A DNA stretch of 64,000 nt from Mobula birostris. Its lineage: Eukaryota. Both the position numbers and the translations under genes were made by a program. This document shows positions 23,911 through 35,410 of this stretch, piece by piece. The notes beneath the pieces were generated by a model. It did not search any database, had not been told where the DNA came from, and saw only the letters and a program-made list of their open reading frames with translations. Positions within the stretch are counted from its first letter, which is position 1. The number at the start of each line of letters is the position of its first letter. The stretch lies in contig NC_092370.1 in NCBI RefSeq assembly GCF_030028105.1, positions 213,820,005 through 213,884,004 of the forward strand, given 5' to 3'.

Positions 23911-24819
23911 CTATTTATTCTAAACATAAATGTACAAGTAAAACATGCCAAAGACAAGTTCAGGAAGCTTGCTATTCCTTTCCCATTCCCACTAATCATC
24001 TCAGGGTCTCTCTCACTTTTCCATTCCTCCCCCCATCCTTGTCTTTAACAAGATTCCTCACTCTACCTCACATGGTTCCTTCCTCTTCTCCTCTCCTTCC
24101 CACTCAGCTCTGATGCCTAATTTTTCATATATTTCACCCATCGCTTACCAGCCTCTATCTACACCCTCTCCCTTTCCCGATGTCTCACCAGGTTTCATTC
24201 GTCTATCGTTCTTTCCCATCCTCCCTTCCACCACTTATCCGATTCAACTATAATTCTCCCAGTCTCAACACTCCCCCTTACCTGTTGTCTCACTAAGCTT
24301 GATCGGCACATTGTTCCTACCCTCCCTCCACTATCTAATTGAACTCTCACTTACTAGCCTTTGACGAGAACCTTAAAAGAGGGCAGCAGCGTGGAGGCAC
24401 TTCAGGAGAAAACTTGAAGAATGCATCACTTGCGAAGATCCTAGCCATCAATTCTAGTGCAGAAGAGGAATAAACATACCCGTGTAAAGAGAAGAGCTTA
24501 CAGGGCTGCAGGAAGCTCCAAATAGTGGAAGGGATGAGACCAAGGATAAATTCATGTATAAAGATGAGAATCATTATTGTAAACTGCTGTTAATTGAAAG
24601 AGAATTTGGAGCAAATGTGGATGAGAGGAATGAGTAAACTGAATGTGGTTGTAAGGGCTTTGAGCACAATAGTTTAGGTAAACCAAACTTCATGGAGGTT
24701 GGAAGTTGAGAAATTGGCAGATCAAGTATTGGAATGGTTGATTTGGAAGTATCAAAAGCAAGTATGCTGCAGGGACTTTCCCCACAGATATTTTTCCGTT
24801 GATTGGAAATAACTTACTG

Positions 24820-25065
24820 GATACAAGAGACTGCAGAAGCTGGAATCTGAAGCAACAAGCAACATGCTGCTGGATCTCAGTGGGACAAGTAGCATTGTGT
24901 GTGTGTGTGGGGGGGGGGAGGGGAGGAAGAATTGTCAATATTTCAGTCAAAATCCTGTAACAAGATTCATGCACTGCCCTGATGCAGAGTTTCAACCTGA
25001 AACATCAGAGATTCCTTTTCACCCACAGATGCTGCTCAACCCAATGAATTCTTTCAGTAGATTTT
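24820..25065. repeat. Decayed palindromic PLE-terminal mini-element
   Basis: Minus arm CTGCAGAAGCTGGAATC...TGCTGCTGGATCTCAG; plus arm CCTGATGCAGAGTTTCAACCTGAAACATC...GATGCTGCTCAACC. Confidence 0.55.
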
Positions 25066-26133
25066 ATGGACAGTAACACTTACAGTTGCATTGCAGACCT
25101 AGCGCGGGCCATGTTTTTACTATCACGCCATATCAGCCCATGCTGTTTACTTTTTCTTACTAATTCAAGACTTGGACACTTTTTCTGAACACAATAGAAT
25201 AGGAGCAGGAGTAAGTCACGTTGATCTTCCAGCCTGCCCCACCATGTAATGACTAATAGGAACTATTACATTTTCAGCTGTTAAAAATGCATTTAAAATC
25301 AAGAATGACCATTTTCCCTGGCTTCTTACAGCCTATAGTGTGCTTTAGAAATATTTTTTTCCCCTCTAAAAGTTAGCAAACCTTGTGAATGAGTTTGTGA
25401 TTGGATTTGCAAAGCTTCCTACTTTAATACAATTTTTGACAGATTTTGCAAGTAAAGTCATTGCAAAGCCCAAGTATCAATTTATGAATCTTTCATATCA
25501 AGGATTATTTCAGGTTCGGAGATAAAATTTTTTTGGTTGACATTGTATCATTTTGGATAAATGTGTAACTACAGTTAAATCATGATTTGATTTGATATTA
25601 CTTTAATATATGACTAAAATATAAACTAGGTTGAATTTAATTCAAAGTAATCCAATTTGCTTCCCACTGTGCCCTGCCATCCTTCTTGCAAGCCCTCTCG
25701 CTGAAGTGTAAAATAACTTGGAAATTAAGAATAATTTTGGTTTTAAAATTTAACAAGTATACAGGTCTTAGGATACCAGTGTAAAAGAGTTCTGTTAAAA
25801 GCAAAACTCCGCTGATTCAGTTGGAGTGCAAGAATGTAAAAGAGCTTTCATAAGGCACTCATAATGAGTAGTGGTTTAGTGAATGCTCATACTTATTTTT
25901 AATTAAATCATACTTGGAAATATAGCAAGATTTTCATACAGTACAAGAATGATTAGAATTAATGGGCTTATTCCCTTTGCTGCATTTACAGAGGCTGGGT
26001 ATTAATGGACTAAAAGGTACTACAACCAGTATGCCCCCACCACAGACTGGCACGTAATTTTTATATCCAGCCTGTCACAGTAATGGAGCGGAGTAGGTAA
26101 GAGTGAATCAGAATCGAATCTGTAGTACATGCC

Positions 26134-26369
26134 TGATGCACCATCAATAACCATCAAAAGACTGGAAGTAGAGTAAATACTGAAAGGCTTTTATTAGCAG
26201 TAAAATGTGACCTCCATCCTGCTGAGTGTCTGCCCTTGGACTGAGGAGGAGGAGCAATGGCACAATCACCTTTATTCAGGGGTCTGTGGGAGGAGCCACA
26301 AGAGCAGTCAGCAGAGGGGTGTGTCCAGACAGGTAACTCAGTTACATCATCTATATGTGGTTTACCACA
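26134..26369 (-). mobile_element. Solo LTR (236 bp) with 5-bp TSD
   Basis: TG...CA termini; perfect ATGCC TSD at 26129-26133 and 26370-26374; AATAAA motifs on the minus strand. Confidence 0.85.
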
Positions 26370-28033
26370 ATGCCATCCTACTTAATGTAGCTGAACATGA
26401 TGATAACACTCTAAATACTGTATGCAGACAGGGAAACAGAGTTAACATTGCAGGCTGAAGACTCTTTCTCGGAACTGGAAAGTTGATATTCTTAAGTTGC
26501 AAACAAGGTAGAGAAATGGTGTATCACACAGACTGGGGCCAGGAGCTAATATTTTACAATTTATATGAATGACTTGAATGAAAGCACCAAAGGAATAGTT
26601 GCTCAGTGTGCTGAAGAAGCAAAGAAGGTTTGGAAAGTAAATTGTGAAGAGAACATAAGGGAGCTAAAATTAATATAGGTAAGGTAAGTGAGTGGACAAA
26701 TATTTACTAAATAGAGTATAATGTAAGAAAATGAAAAATTCCATTTTAACAGGAAGAAAATAAAGAGAATGACAGGAGAATACAGAGCTCTGAGATGCTG
26801 AGAGGGGGCACGTGTTTGCATAATTCAGATTTAGAATCTCCTATTTACACATACGGATTGAAACAAATGGTGAAGTGTGTTGCTTGCATTAGCAACCACA
26901 CTACCTAAACACGAAATGGGACCAGCCTGCAAGTGTTGTCATACACCCTCACACCAACACAGCACATCCACTATGCTCAGCAGAACAATAAAGAACGCAA
27001 CAAGCAAGAAAACAGCAGGAGTAAAGCAATCTCCGTTCCTCTCTAGCACCCACCCACACACAGGGAGTCCTCTAAGCCCAGGTCAGGCTTCCAGGCCTCC
27101 AGGCCTTCAGCTTCCAGTGGACTTGTAGACTTCCAAGTAACAGGCCTCCAACCCCCCGAGTGGCCTTCACACTCATTGACCCAGGCCTTCAGCCAGCTGG
27201 CTTCAACTTCTGGACTTCCGATCGATCTTTGGGTTTCAATTTTCAGTATCAACCCCAGGACTAGACACTAATGGGATCCAAAGCTCCAGGCCTCAAACTC
27301 CAGGCTAGCTGAAGATGAGATCCAAACTTTAGGCCTCGAACTTTGAATTCACTAACTCACTTACTTGGGGTGGGAGATCACCAGCCCTCGTGCTTCTTGT
27401 TTGCACAAACTTCCAATTCTGGGACACACTGACCTAGGTGGACTCACTGACCCAGTGGACCACTAGCCTTTGTCCTTGCTGGTCCTTGTCCACAGCACCT
27501 GCTAGCCCAGCATCCACGGGTGTTCATCAGCACATGACCATGTTGCAAACTTTTGAGCACAGAGCAGAGGCCTAAACTCAGGATGTCCTTTGTCAAACAT
27601 TCATGTCACTGTACTTCAAACATGAAGCGTGGATTGAAGGCCTAGTCCTCGGCCTGACCTCTAACTCCTCCACATCTCTGTCCCCAAATGCTAACCTGAT
27701 CCTTAACCCCCCCTCTCTATCCTGCAAAACCATACCTACAAACTTCAAAAAACAATTAAGTCAGAGCCATGACCTTGATGGAGACCACTGCTCAGCACCA
27801 CCAGATCACAAAAGCTTAATGTGTGTATACAGCAAGTAATTGGAAAGATGCTGGTTGATCTGTTTATCAGCAGGATTCCCTTCAATTCTTACTCCCACAC
27901 TCACCTATCTATCTTCAGCACCTCACATTGCTCCAGTTATAGCCAATGTAAGCTCAAGGATCAGCACTTCATCTTCCATCTGGGTGTGTTACAAACTTTT
28001 GGGATTTATAGTGATGTTAATGATTTCAAGCTA

Positions 28034-30748
28034 CCGTAAATTCCGGTGTTTAAGCCGAGAATTTGGCCGTAAATTTTGGTCCTAAAATTAGGGGACCGGC
28101 TTATACAGAGGGTGGAAACTTTGGAAAAACAAATACATGGAAGACAGGTTGTATTTATTGGCTGTTTTTAAGTCAAATACAAAAGAAAGTAAAAACACTT
28201 ATGAAATCTACACAAAAGAAAAAATCTACAAAACACTTTCTGTTTCTCAATTTACTTGTACACACTGTTGTTGTCAAACCTGCAGAGCTTGAAACTCTCA
28301 CACTCTTCATTATCAGACTCTCCGAAAATCACGTCCCATTCTTCGGCAGTCACCATATCGTCGTAAGGATTGTCAATTTCTGCTTCGACATTGTCATTTG
28401 CAGCTCTACTGCCTGCCAAATAGCCATGGTCTTCTTCCCAAAGCAAATGATCTTCAGTGCCATTCAAAGCATTGGTGATGCTGCACTTCTTGAAAGCCTT
28501 CACAATGCACTCGGCCTTCACTTCCTCCCACGATTGCACTATCCACTCGCAAACTGTAGCTAGAGTTGTGGCCCTCATGTTTCCTGCTGGAGTGAATGAC
28601 TGATTTCCAGACATCATCCATTCATTCCACTGTCGACGCATGAATTCTTTGAATGGTTTGTTTAAACTCTCATCTAGTGGCTGGAGCATGGATGTCAAAC
28701 CACCGGGGATGAGTGCAATGTCTGTATTTTCAACTTACAATGCTGCTTTTGTCTCACCTGACGAGTGCGCTTTGAACACGTCCCAGACAAGTAGCGACTT
28801 TTCCTTCCTGAAACCTTCGGGACGTTGACGCCACACCTCTTTAACCCGCTTCGTCCATCCAGCCGCGTTCTTGAACGTAAATGTAAGGGGTTTCTTCTTT
28901 TATGTTACTACGTAGGCTAATGGCTTCTTTGTTATGTTATAATTAAAATGGCTTCTTTGCTACGTTAACTGCTGAGAAAGTCCTCCCACTAGTAGTTTGT
29001 TTGGATTATGTTATTGATAAGAGGAAAAACGAATTAATTGGGATAGATGTTATTCTTTCTAGTGCATTTGTAAGTTATTGTGATGCGCGGGTTTTGTGGC
29101 AGAAGGCACGAGAGAGAGAGAGAGAGAGAGAGGATGGACAAGGTGCTGTGAGTTGGCTAACGGGGTCAGACCCTGAGCAGGAGTCCGAGGTCCAGGGTGT
29201 TCGGCGAGGAGAGGAGATGGAGACGGACTTGTGTGGAGCGTCTGGTTGACCACAGTTGTTGGTCCCAGGCGGCAGGTCGAGGTGGTCCAAAGGGATCGCA
29301 GGGTGAAGAAGGAAGGTCCCAAGATCCAACTGTTTGTGCACGAAGAGATTGAACTTTGATAAGTGTGGTGCCTTTTGTCTTCCTTTTATATTTTATCTCT
29401 ATTAATTGTGTAGTTCCAGTAATATCTATAAACTGTAATTCATTTAACCGTATCTGGTGTATAGTCTGTTATTTGGTGGGGTGGGGTACATCACACAGCA
29501 TCCACACAACTTTATTAGCAAGTTTGGCGGGGCTGGGGGCTGTTTCCCTAGACAACAGCGAGCTGAGCGACCCTGAGGCTTGCCAGGGAGGCTACATAAA
29601 CAACAACACCCCGCGGGATTTTTCTTTCTTTGGGAATGTTTTCCTCTTAAAAATCACAATTGGTGGTAGTTTGGTCCCAACAGCCATACATGTTAACACG
29701 ACAGTAAAGTGTTGCTTCTGGTGTCCAGTTGTTTTTACAAGGACTGTTTTTTCCCCCTTCTGATTGACAGTGCGGTTGCCAGCAAAGTCAAAGAACATTG
29801 GTGTCTCGTCCATGTTACCAATCAGTGAGAGCGGGTAAGAATGTGCCTTTTGATGCTTGAGTACAAACGATTGGAAGGTCGTAATCTTATTCTCAAGGTC
29901 GCTTGGCAACTTCTGAGCAATCTTTGTTTTTTGTCTCAACACAAGATCACATCTATTCGTAAATCGGGTGCATCAACTTCGTGTAGCTTTGAAATTTTCA
30001 CTGACCTCACGGAGTTTTTTGGCCCATTTCAAAGCTTGAACCCAAATCATTTCTCTGGTAATAATGTATCCAGGCGATCGCTGGTAATTCACCCACTCTA
30101 AAACTTTTTTTTCCAGTTCTGGCCACTGGCATGTTTTCCCGCGGTTTGCACATTTCATCTTTGGCATTTTCCCTCAGCATGTCCTCTGCCTTTCTCCACT
30201 CTCTCACTTGTTTCTCGTTTACGGTAAACTTCTTAGCAGCTGCAGAATTATTCGTTCCTTTAGCAAAATCAACGGCCTTCAGCTTGAAGCCAGCATCATA
30301 TCGCATTCATTTTAATCTTTTGTACATGGTGGTCACAAACTCAATACTGAGTACACGTACTGATCCCGCCACCCCGTGTTATGTTTTAACGAGATTACGA
30401 TGGGCGCTAAATGGTTTCACAGGGGGTTACATTTCAGAGGATTCTTTACCATTGGGAACCTAATCCAAAACTTCCCTCCCTGATTTATTTATTAAGATTT
30501 CGCTTATAACGCTCTACAATGTGTAGACCTATTTTCTTAGCAGGTACTGGTTCACAAAATTTTCAGGTTCCGGATCCGGCAAAGCTAAGTACTGGCATGT
30601 GAGATCTTGTGATCTTTTCTGGATAAATCAAAAACCTCTACAAAATGGCTCGGCTTATACAAAGGTAACATGAAAAAGTCACTTTTTTAACCTTGAAAAT
30701 GGGGGGTCGGCTTATACTCCGGGTTGACCTATACACCGGAATTTACGG
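28034..30748 (-). mobile_element. pogo-superfamily DNA transposon, Passer-like, full-length but inactivated
   Basis: TIR CCGTAAATTCCGGTGT (16 bp perfect) at both ends; TA TSD at 28032-28033 and 30749-30750. Transposase pieces: RYDAGFKLKAVDFAKGTNNSAAAKKF (Brinker-type DBD), WPELEKKVLEWV (CENP-B HTH), GNMDETPMFFD, LLVWDVFKAH and GGLTSMLQPLD; frameshifts and stops. Confidence 0.93.
28882..29596. mobile_element. Solo LTR (715 bp) nested in the pogo transposase, 4-bp TSD
   Basis: TGTA...TACA termini; TAAA TSD at 28878-28881 and 29597-29600; removal restores GVVVYVQERGWMDE. Confidence 0.88.
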
Positions 30749-31104
30749 TACATCCTATTTCTCTGCTCTTGCCACAAATATGCCATTTCATGTGTTTCTT
30801 TTTTCTTCTATTTGTTTTAATGAAATGACTTTGGTTTCCATCCTAGAACCCACCCTATAATCCTCATCTTCTCCTTACTGCATCTAAAAGCACACATCTT
30901 CTCACTTTACCAGTTCCGATGAATGGCTCTTGCCCTGGATCGGTGACTGATCTTCCTGATGCTGTTAAGCCTGCTAGGTATTTCTACCGTTTTCTGATTT
31001 TGTTAAGAATATTATCACAACAACCAGTCTTTTCCGAGCTCTGTCATAGGAGTATATTACCTGGCAGACAGAAGTTAAAGACAGTGATCAAAGCTTTGTT
31101 GATG

Positions 31105-32640
31105 AAATCAAATCAAATAAAGTGTAATTATCATTCAGACCATACATGGATACAGTCGAACGAGACAGTATTCCTCTGGGGCACAGGTGTATAACATACA
31201 TTCAAGATAGTGAGAGAGGAAATAAAACACACACACATCATTACACCAGAAAACACATGTATAGTCCAAGTTCCTGAGGGACACGCAAATTGATGGTACA
31301 GCTCCCGGAAACCCAGGCTGTCCTTCCGCCGGTTGAACACTGGAGGGCAGTGCTGATGGGAGTGCCAGGCTCCACGCTACGCCATCCCCAGTGTTGTCTC
31401 AGCTGGACTGCAGCAGCAGACGAGCCCGCTTGAGGCCTCATCCTCACCACACCCGAGATGACACTACTGCCTCGTCGCCTGTCTCACTGCCAAAGAAGGG
31501 AAACAGGCCTGCAGCATCGCACATTATCAATGTCCAACAGGGTCTTGCAAACACAAAAGAAATGTCTAAGACAATCATTCATGGTTACATTGCACAGTGC
31601 TTTCATGCACCAACTCTGATATCTGATGAGTAGCAGGCAGCAGCATGATCTGTACACAGTTCAGCTCCTCTGAACCTTCTCTGGACTTCCTACTGGCTTC
31701 ACCTTCTCCGGCCTGTCCGCCGGCTTCACCTTCTCCGGCCTGTTTGCCAACTTCAGCTTCTCCAGCCTGTCCACCAGCTTCACCTTCTCTGGCCTGTTCG
31801 CCGGCTTCACCTTCTCCGGTCTGTCCACCAGCTTCACCTTCTCCGGCCTGTCCGCCGGCTTCACCTTCTCCGGCCTATTCGCTGGCTTCACTTTCTCCGG
31901 CCTGTTTGCCAGCTTCAGCTTCTCCAGCCTGTCCACCAGCTTCACCTTCTCTGGCCTGTTCACCGGCTTCACTTTCTCCAGCCTGTTCGCCAGCTTCACC
32001 TTCTCCGGTCTGTCCACCAGCGTCACCTTCTCCTGCCTATTCGCTGGTTTCACTTTCTCCAGCCTGTCCGCCAGCTTCTCCTTCTTTGGCTTGTCCACTG
32101 GCTTCACCTTCTCCAGCCTGTTCCCTGGCTTCACTTTCTCCAGCCTGTTCCCTGGCTTCACTTTCTCCAGCCTGTCCGCCAGCTTCAGCTTCTCCAGCCT
32201 GTTCACCAGCTTCACTTTCTCCGGCTTGTCCACCGGCATCACCTTCTCCGGCCTGTTCGATGACATTACCTTCTCCAGTCTGTCCGCCAGCTTCTCCTTC
32301 TTTGGCCAGTCCACCGGCTTCACATTCTGGCCTGTCCACAGGCTTCATCTTCTCCGGCCTGTACACCGGCTTCACCTTTTCCAGCCTGTCCACTGACATC
32401 ACCTTCTCTGGTCTATCCGCCGGCTTCACCTTCTCTGGCCCGTCCGCTGACATCACCTTCTCTGGCTTGTCCACTGGCTCAGCTTCTCTGGCTTTCTGCC
32501 AGCTTCACCTTCTCCTGTCCCTCCACCAGCCTCTCCTTCTCCTGGCCAAGCACCAGCTTCATCTTCTCTGACTCATCCAATAGCTCCTTCGACACTCTGG
32601 CCAGTAACTCTGTACAACAAACAGTGCAGCATTACTCCTG
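31105..32640 (-). mobile_element. Probable non-autonomous non-LTR element hosting the minisatellite
   Basis: (ATTTG)n-type tail and Rex/L2-like 3' UTR on the minus strand near 31105-31190; GC-rich body running into the repeat; 5' boundary uncertain. Confidence 0.4.
31674..32570. repeat. 27-bp minisatellite, about 33 units
   Basis: Unit approximately GGCTTCACCTTCTCCGGCCTGTCCGCC; gives 9-aa periodic ORFs (ASPSPACPP; PEKVKPADR). Confidence 0.95.
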
Positions 32641-32799
32641 ATAATCATTGGCCTATGACCACACAAAGTTGGGAAAGAGCATTCTGGATAGTACTAAGAA
32701 CCTGAGGTCTGTGGATCAGAAGCCCAGAGAAGCTCTGAATAAGAGGCAGAAGGAGCACATCACCTCACCAGACACCCCTTACACCTTGCATGGACTTAC

Positions 32800-34363
32800 A
32801 TTTTTCTCTTTGTAGCAATCATTTTTCTTCCTTGAGTATTGCTTTTTCTTTGGTTCAATATGCTATCCAAACAGAGGCACAGAAGTTGGCACCAACAGCA
32901 GTTTGATCTCTGTTGGGTAACAGTTCATGGTGTCCTGCATGGAGGCAGTTGTAGCATCATCCAGTACCTTTCTTAATTCACTTTCAGTTGACTCTTTTGC
33001 AGGGGATATAGCGTGCAAATGGTGGATTCATCTACCAATCATCTCAGCCAACCATGTCCTCACAAATCTGGCCCCCTGACCTTCTCACAAACAAGCCCAA
33101 TTTGGCTTGTTGGTTGTTGTATTTCACTGTTATAAATGCCATTCCCACAGGAGTTATCTTATCTCCAGTGTAAGTTGTAAGTTGGATATCTGCAGTTTTC
33201 AGTTCATTTTTTTTTTCTGTCTGACCTACATGCTCATTGTAGGTGTCCTACTTTGTGGCATTTTCTGCAATTTTCACATTTAATCCTGTATTGGGCTGGT
33301 GTATGTGAGCCCTGCCACAATGGTAACACAATTTGTTCAGTCAGACTGGTTTCTGTTTAAACATTGCAATTTTGCTCAACTCATTCTTGGCTGCATTTCT
33401 GTCTGCAGTTTCCATTGACACAGCTACTTCAACTGCTTTTTTGAAAGTAAGTTGTGCTTCAGTTAGGAACCAATTTTGAAAGCTTTCCTGTAAGATTCCA
33501 CAAGCTAACCAATCTCTCAGTGTATCATTCAACCCAATGAACTGACAATGCTGAGATAATCTCTTCAATTCAGCGATGTAGACTGAAATGAAATTCCCTT
33601 CTTTTGATTCCACCTAAAGCATTGTACAATCAACAATGCTTTCAGTTCTAAATGTTCCTGCATTACTTTCAAGATAGCAGCAAAGCTCATTTTGGCTGGT
33701 TTGATTGGAGTAGTCAAACTTCTAAGCAAGCTGTATGCCTTTAAATCTAATGCACCCAGCAAAATTGGCACTTGCTTCTCATCAGCTATTCCATTTGCTT
33801 TAAAATACTGCTTAACTTGCTCTGTATAAAATATCCAGTTACCTGCTGTGTAATCAAATGCAGCAAGCTTTCTGATGTAACCTGCCACCTCTCCTCTTTT
33901 TTTATGATTATCATCGCCCTGTACTTATTGTTTATGAACCTGTGAACTCATCCATTTTCTGTCTTTTTAAAAATTGTCATTTCCTCTCCTGTGAAGAAAG
34001 AGTGCTGCCCATTTTTTAAAATTTGAATGTATTGCTCTGCTTTTTTTAACTTGAACATCTCACTGTGCTTCAATAAGTAGGTAGTCATCTTGGCTTTGTT
34101 TAAAACTTCCTTTTTGCCACTGTTATGCTTTGTAACTCCAAAACATTAAACAAAATTAAAGTAAAGCACAGAGCCAGGAAAATCTTAGTTTTGTCTTTAC
34201 TTTAAGTGAGATGCACACGTATGGTGTGGTGACATAATGACATATGCCATTTACATACTTTTAAATATAACCCACGGTGCATTATGTAAATAACAAAGAA
34301 TGCTAAATCAACAATTTATTTGTAACATTATCCAAATGTTACTGAAGTATTAAATGCACAATA
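32800..34363 (-). mobile_element. Decayed Gypsy (Mag-like) LTR retrotransposon: 5' LTR (34121-34363), PBS remnant, gag and partial pol
   Basis: Gag MAGYIRKLAAFDYTAGNWIFYTEQVKQYFKANGI...LRDWLACGI..LTFKKAVEVAVSMETA and CYHCG knuckle remnant; LTR ends CATAACA, followed by G-TGGCAAAAAG (decayed TGGCGACGAG-type PBS). Confidence 0.75.
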
Positions 34364-35207
34364 TCATCCTTCATTATCCTTAGCATTTGTTGGCATTTAA
34401 AAGTAATGATCATGGGGTTACTTAAAGAAAAGATGAGAGACAGACGTGCAGAGGGGGGTTGAAAGCAGAGGGTCACAAGTTAACAAGTGTGCAAGTGAAT
34501 ATTGTAAGCCATCGGGTAACTAGACGCATAAATATTTGGGTCTCTGCAATCATTCAAGAAACCATTTGTGTCTTTGATGAGGACAGCCTTAGAGGAACCG
34601 CCAAAGGGCTTTTGGATGGAGAGTATTGTAGGAGCAATTTACGAGTCCTTTTGAGCTCTGGAGAAAATAGTTGATGAAAGAATTGCATTATATTATTAAT
34701 TCACAGCCCTACTGAGTAAATTTATGTCCCAGTTGTAGATCATCACCAATGTCAATCATACCAACAGTTGACTGTATTTTTCCAGCAATGATTCTTATGG
34801 AAATTGTTTTTGTTAACAAGGACAAAGGTAAAACGCCCATTTATTGGCAAATGTTTAATGATAATGTCTTTCTTGTTTTTGCAGCAGTTAACTGAACTAA
34901 TAACATGTCTAAACTCTACTCATGGAGAATTAAAATATTTATATACAATATCAACGTTGAATTGCTGAAGGTGTGCCTTTACCTTCTGAGGTATACCTAA
35001 CAATTTCCCCGAACTGCTCTCAGTGCTCAAAGAGTCCCTGAGTTGTCCAAAATAGCATCCTAAGCTGCAAAATCATTTTGGCCCATACTTAACTCAGACT
35101 GCCATACAATATCTTTAACTGACTACCAAAGCCTTCAGCAAAATGCAACCCACAGACTTTGAACCCATTTAAATGTTTTTTCTCCAATGGCCATTAGCTC
35201 CATTTTC

Positions 35208-35410
35208 ACACACAAAATGCTGGAGGAATTCAGCAGGTCTGGCTGCACCTATAGAAACAAATAGCGCTGGTGTTTTGGGCAGAGAAGGGTCTCAGCCTGA
35301 AATGTTGACTCTTTATTCCTTTCCATAAACTCTGCCTGACCTGCTGAGTGCAAAAGCATTTTGTGTGTGTTACTCTGGATTTCTATCATCTTCAGAATCT
35401 CTTATGTTTA
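35208..35410. repeat. Palindromic PLE-terminal mini-element joined inside the hammerhead
   Basis: CACACAAAATGCTGGAGGAATTCAGCAGGTC vs GACCTGCTGAGTGCAAAAGCATTTTGTGTG; centre GTTTTGGGCAGAG-AAGGGTCTCAGCCTGAAATGTTGACT. Confidence 0.75.

Larger units (their letters stand above)
27840..31000 (+). mobile_element. Old PLE 3' fragment split by the pogo element (27840-28031 and 30751-31000)
   Basis: FNSYSHTHLSIF...KLKDQHFIFHLGVLQ.FG endonuclease tail before the TIR; pyrimidine-rich region and very decayed hammerhead/terminal module at about 30912-30990 after it. Confidence 0.55.

Noticed and set aside
31645-32571. 308-aa, 220-aa and 145-aa ORFs as a mucin-like or neurofilament-like gene
   Set aside because: They are the 27-bp minisatellite read in different frames on both strands; there is no non-repetitive coding context or splice evidence.
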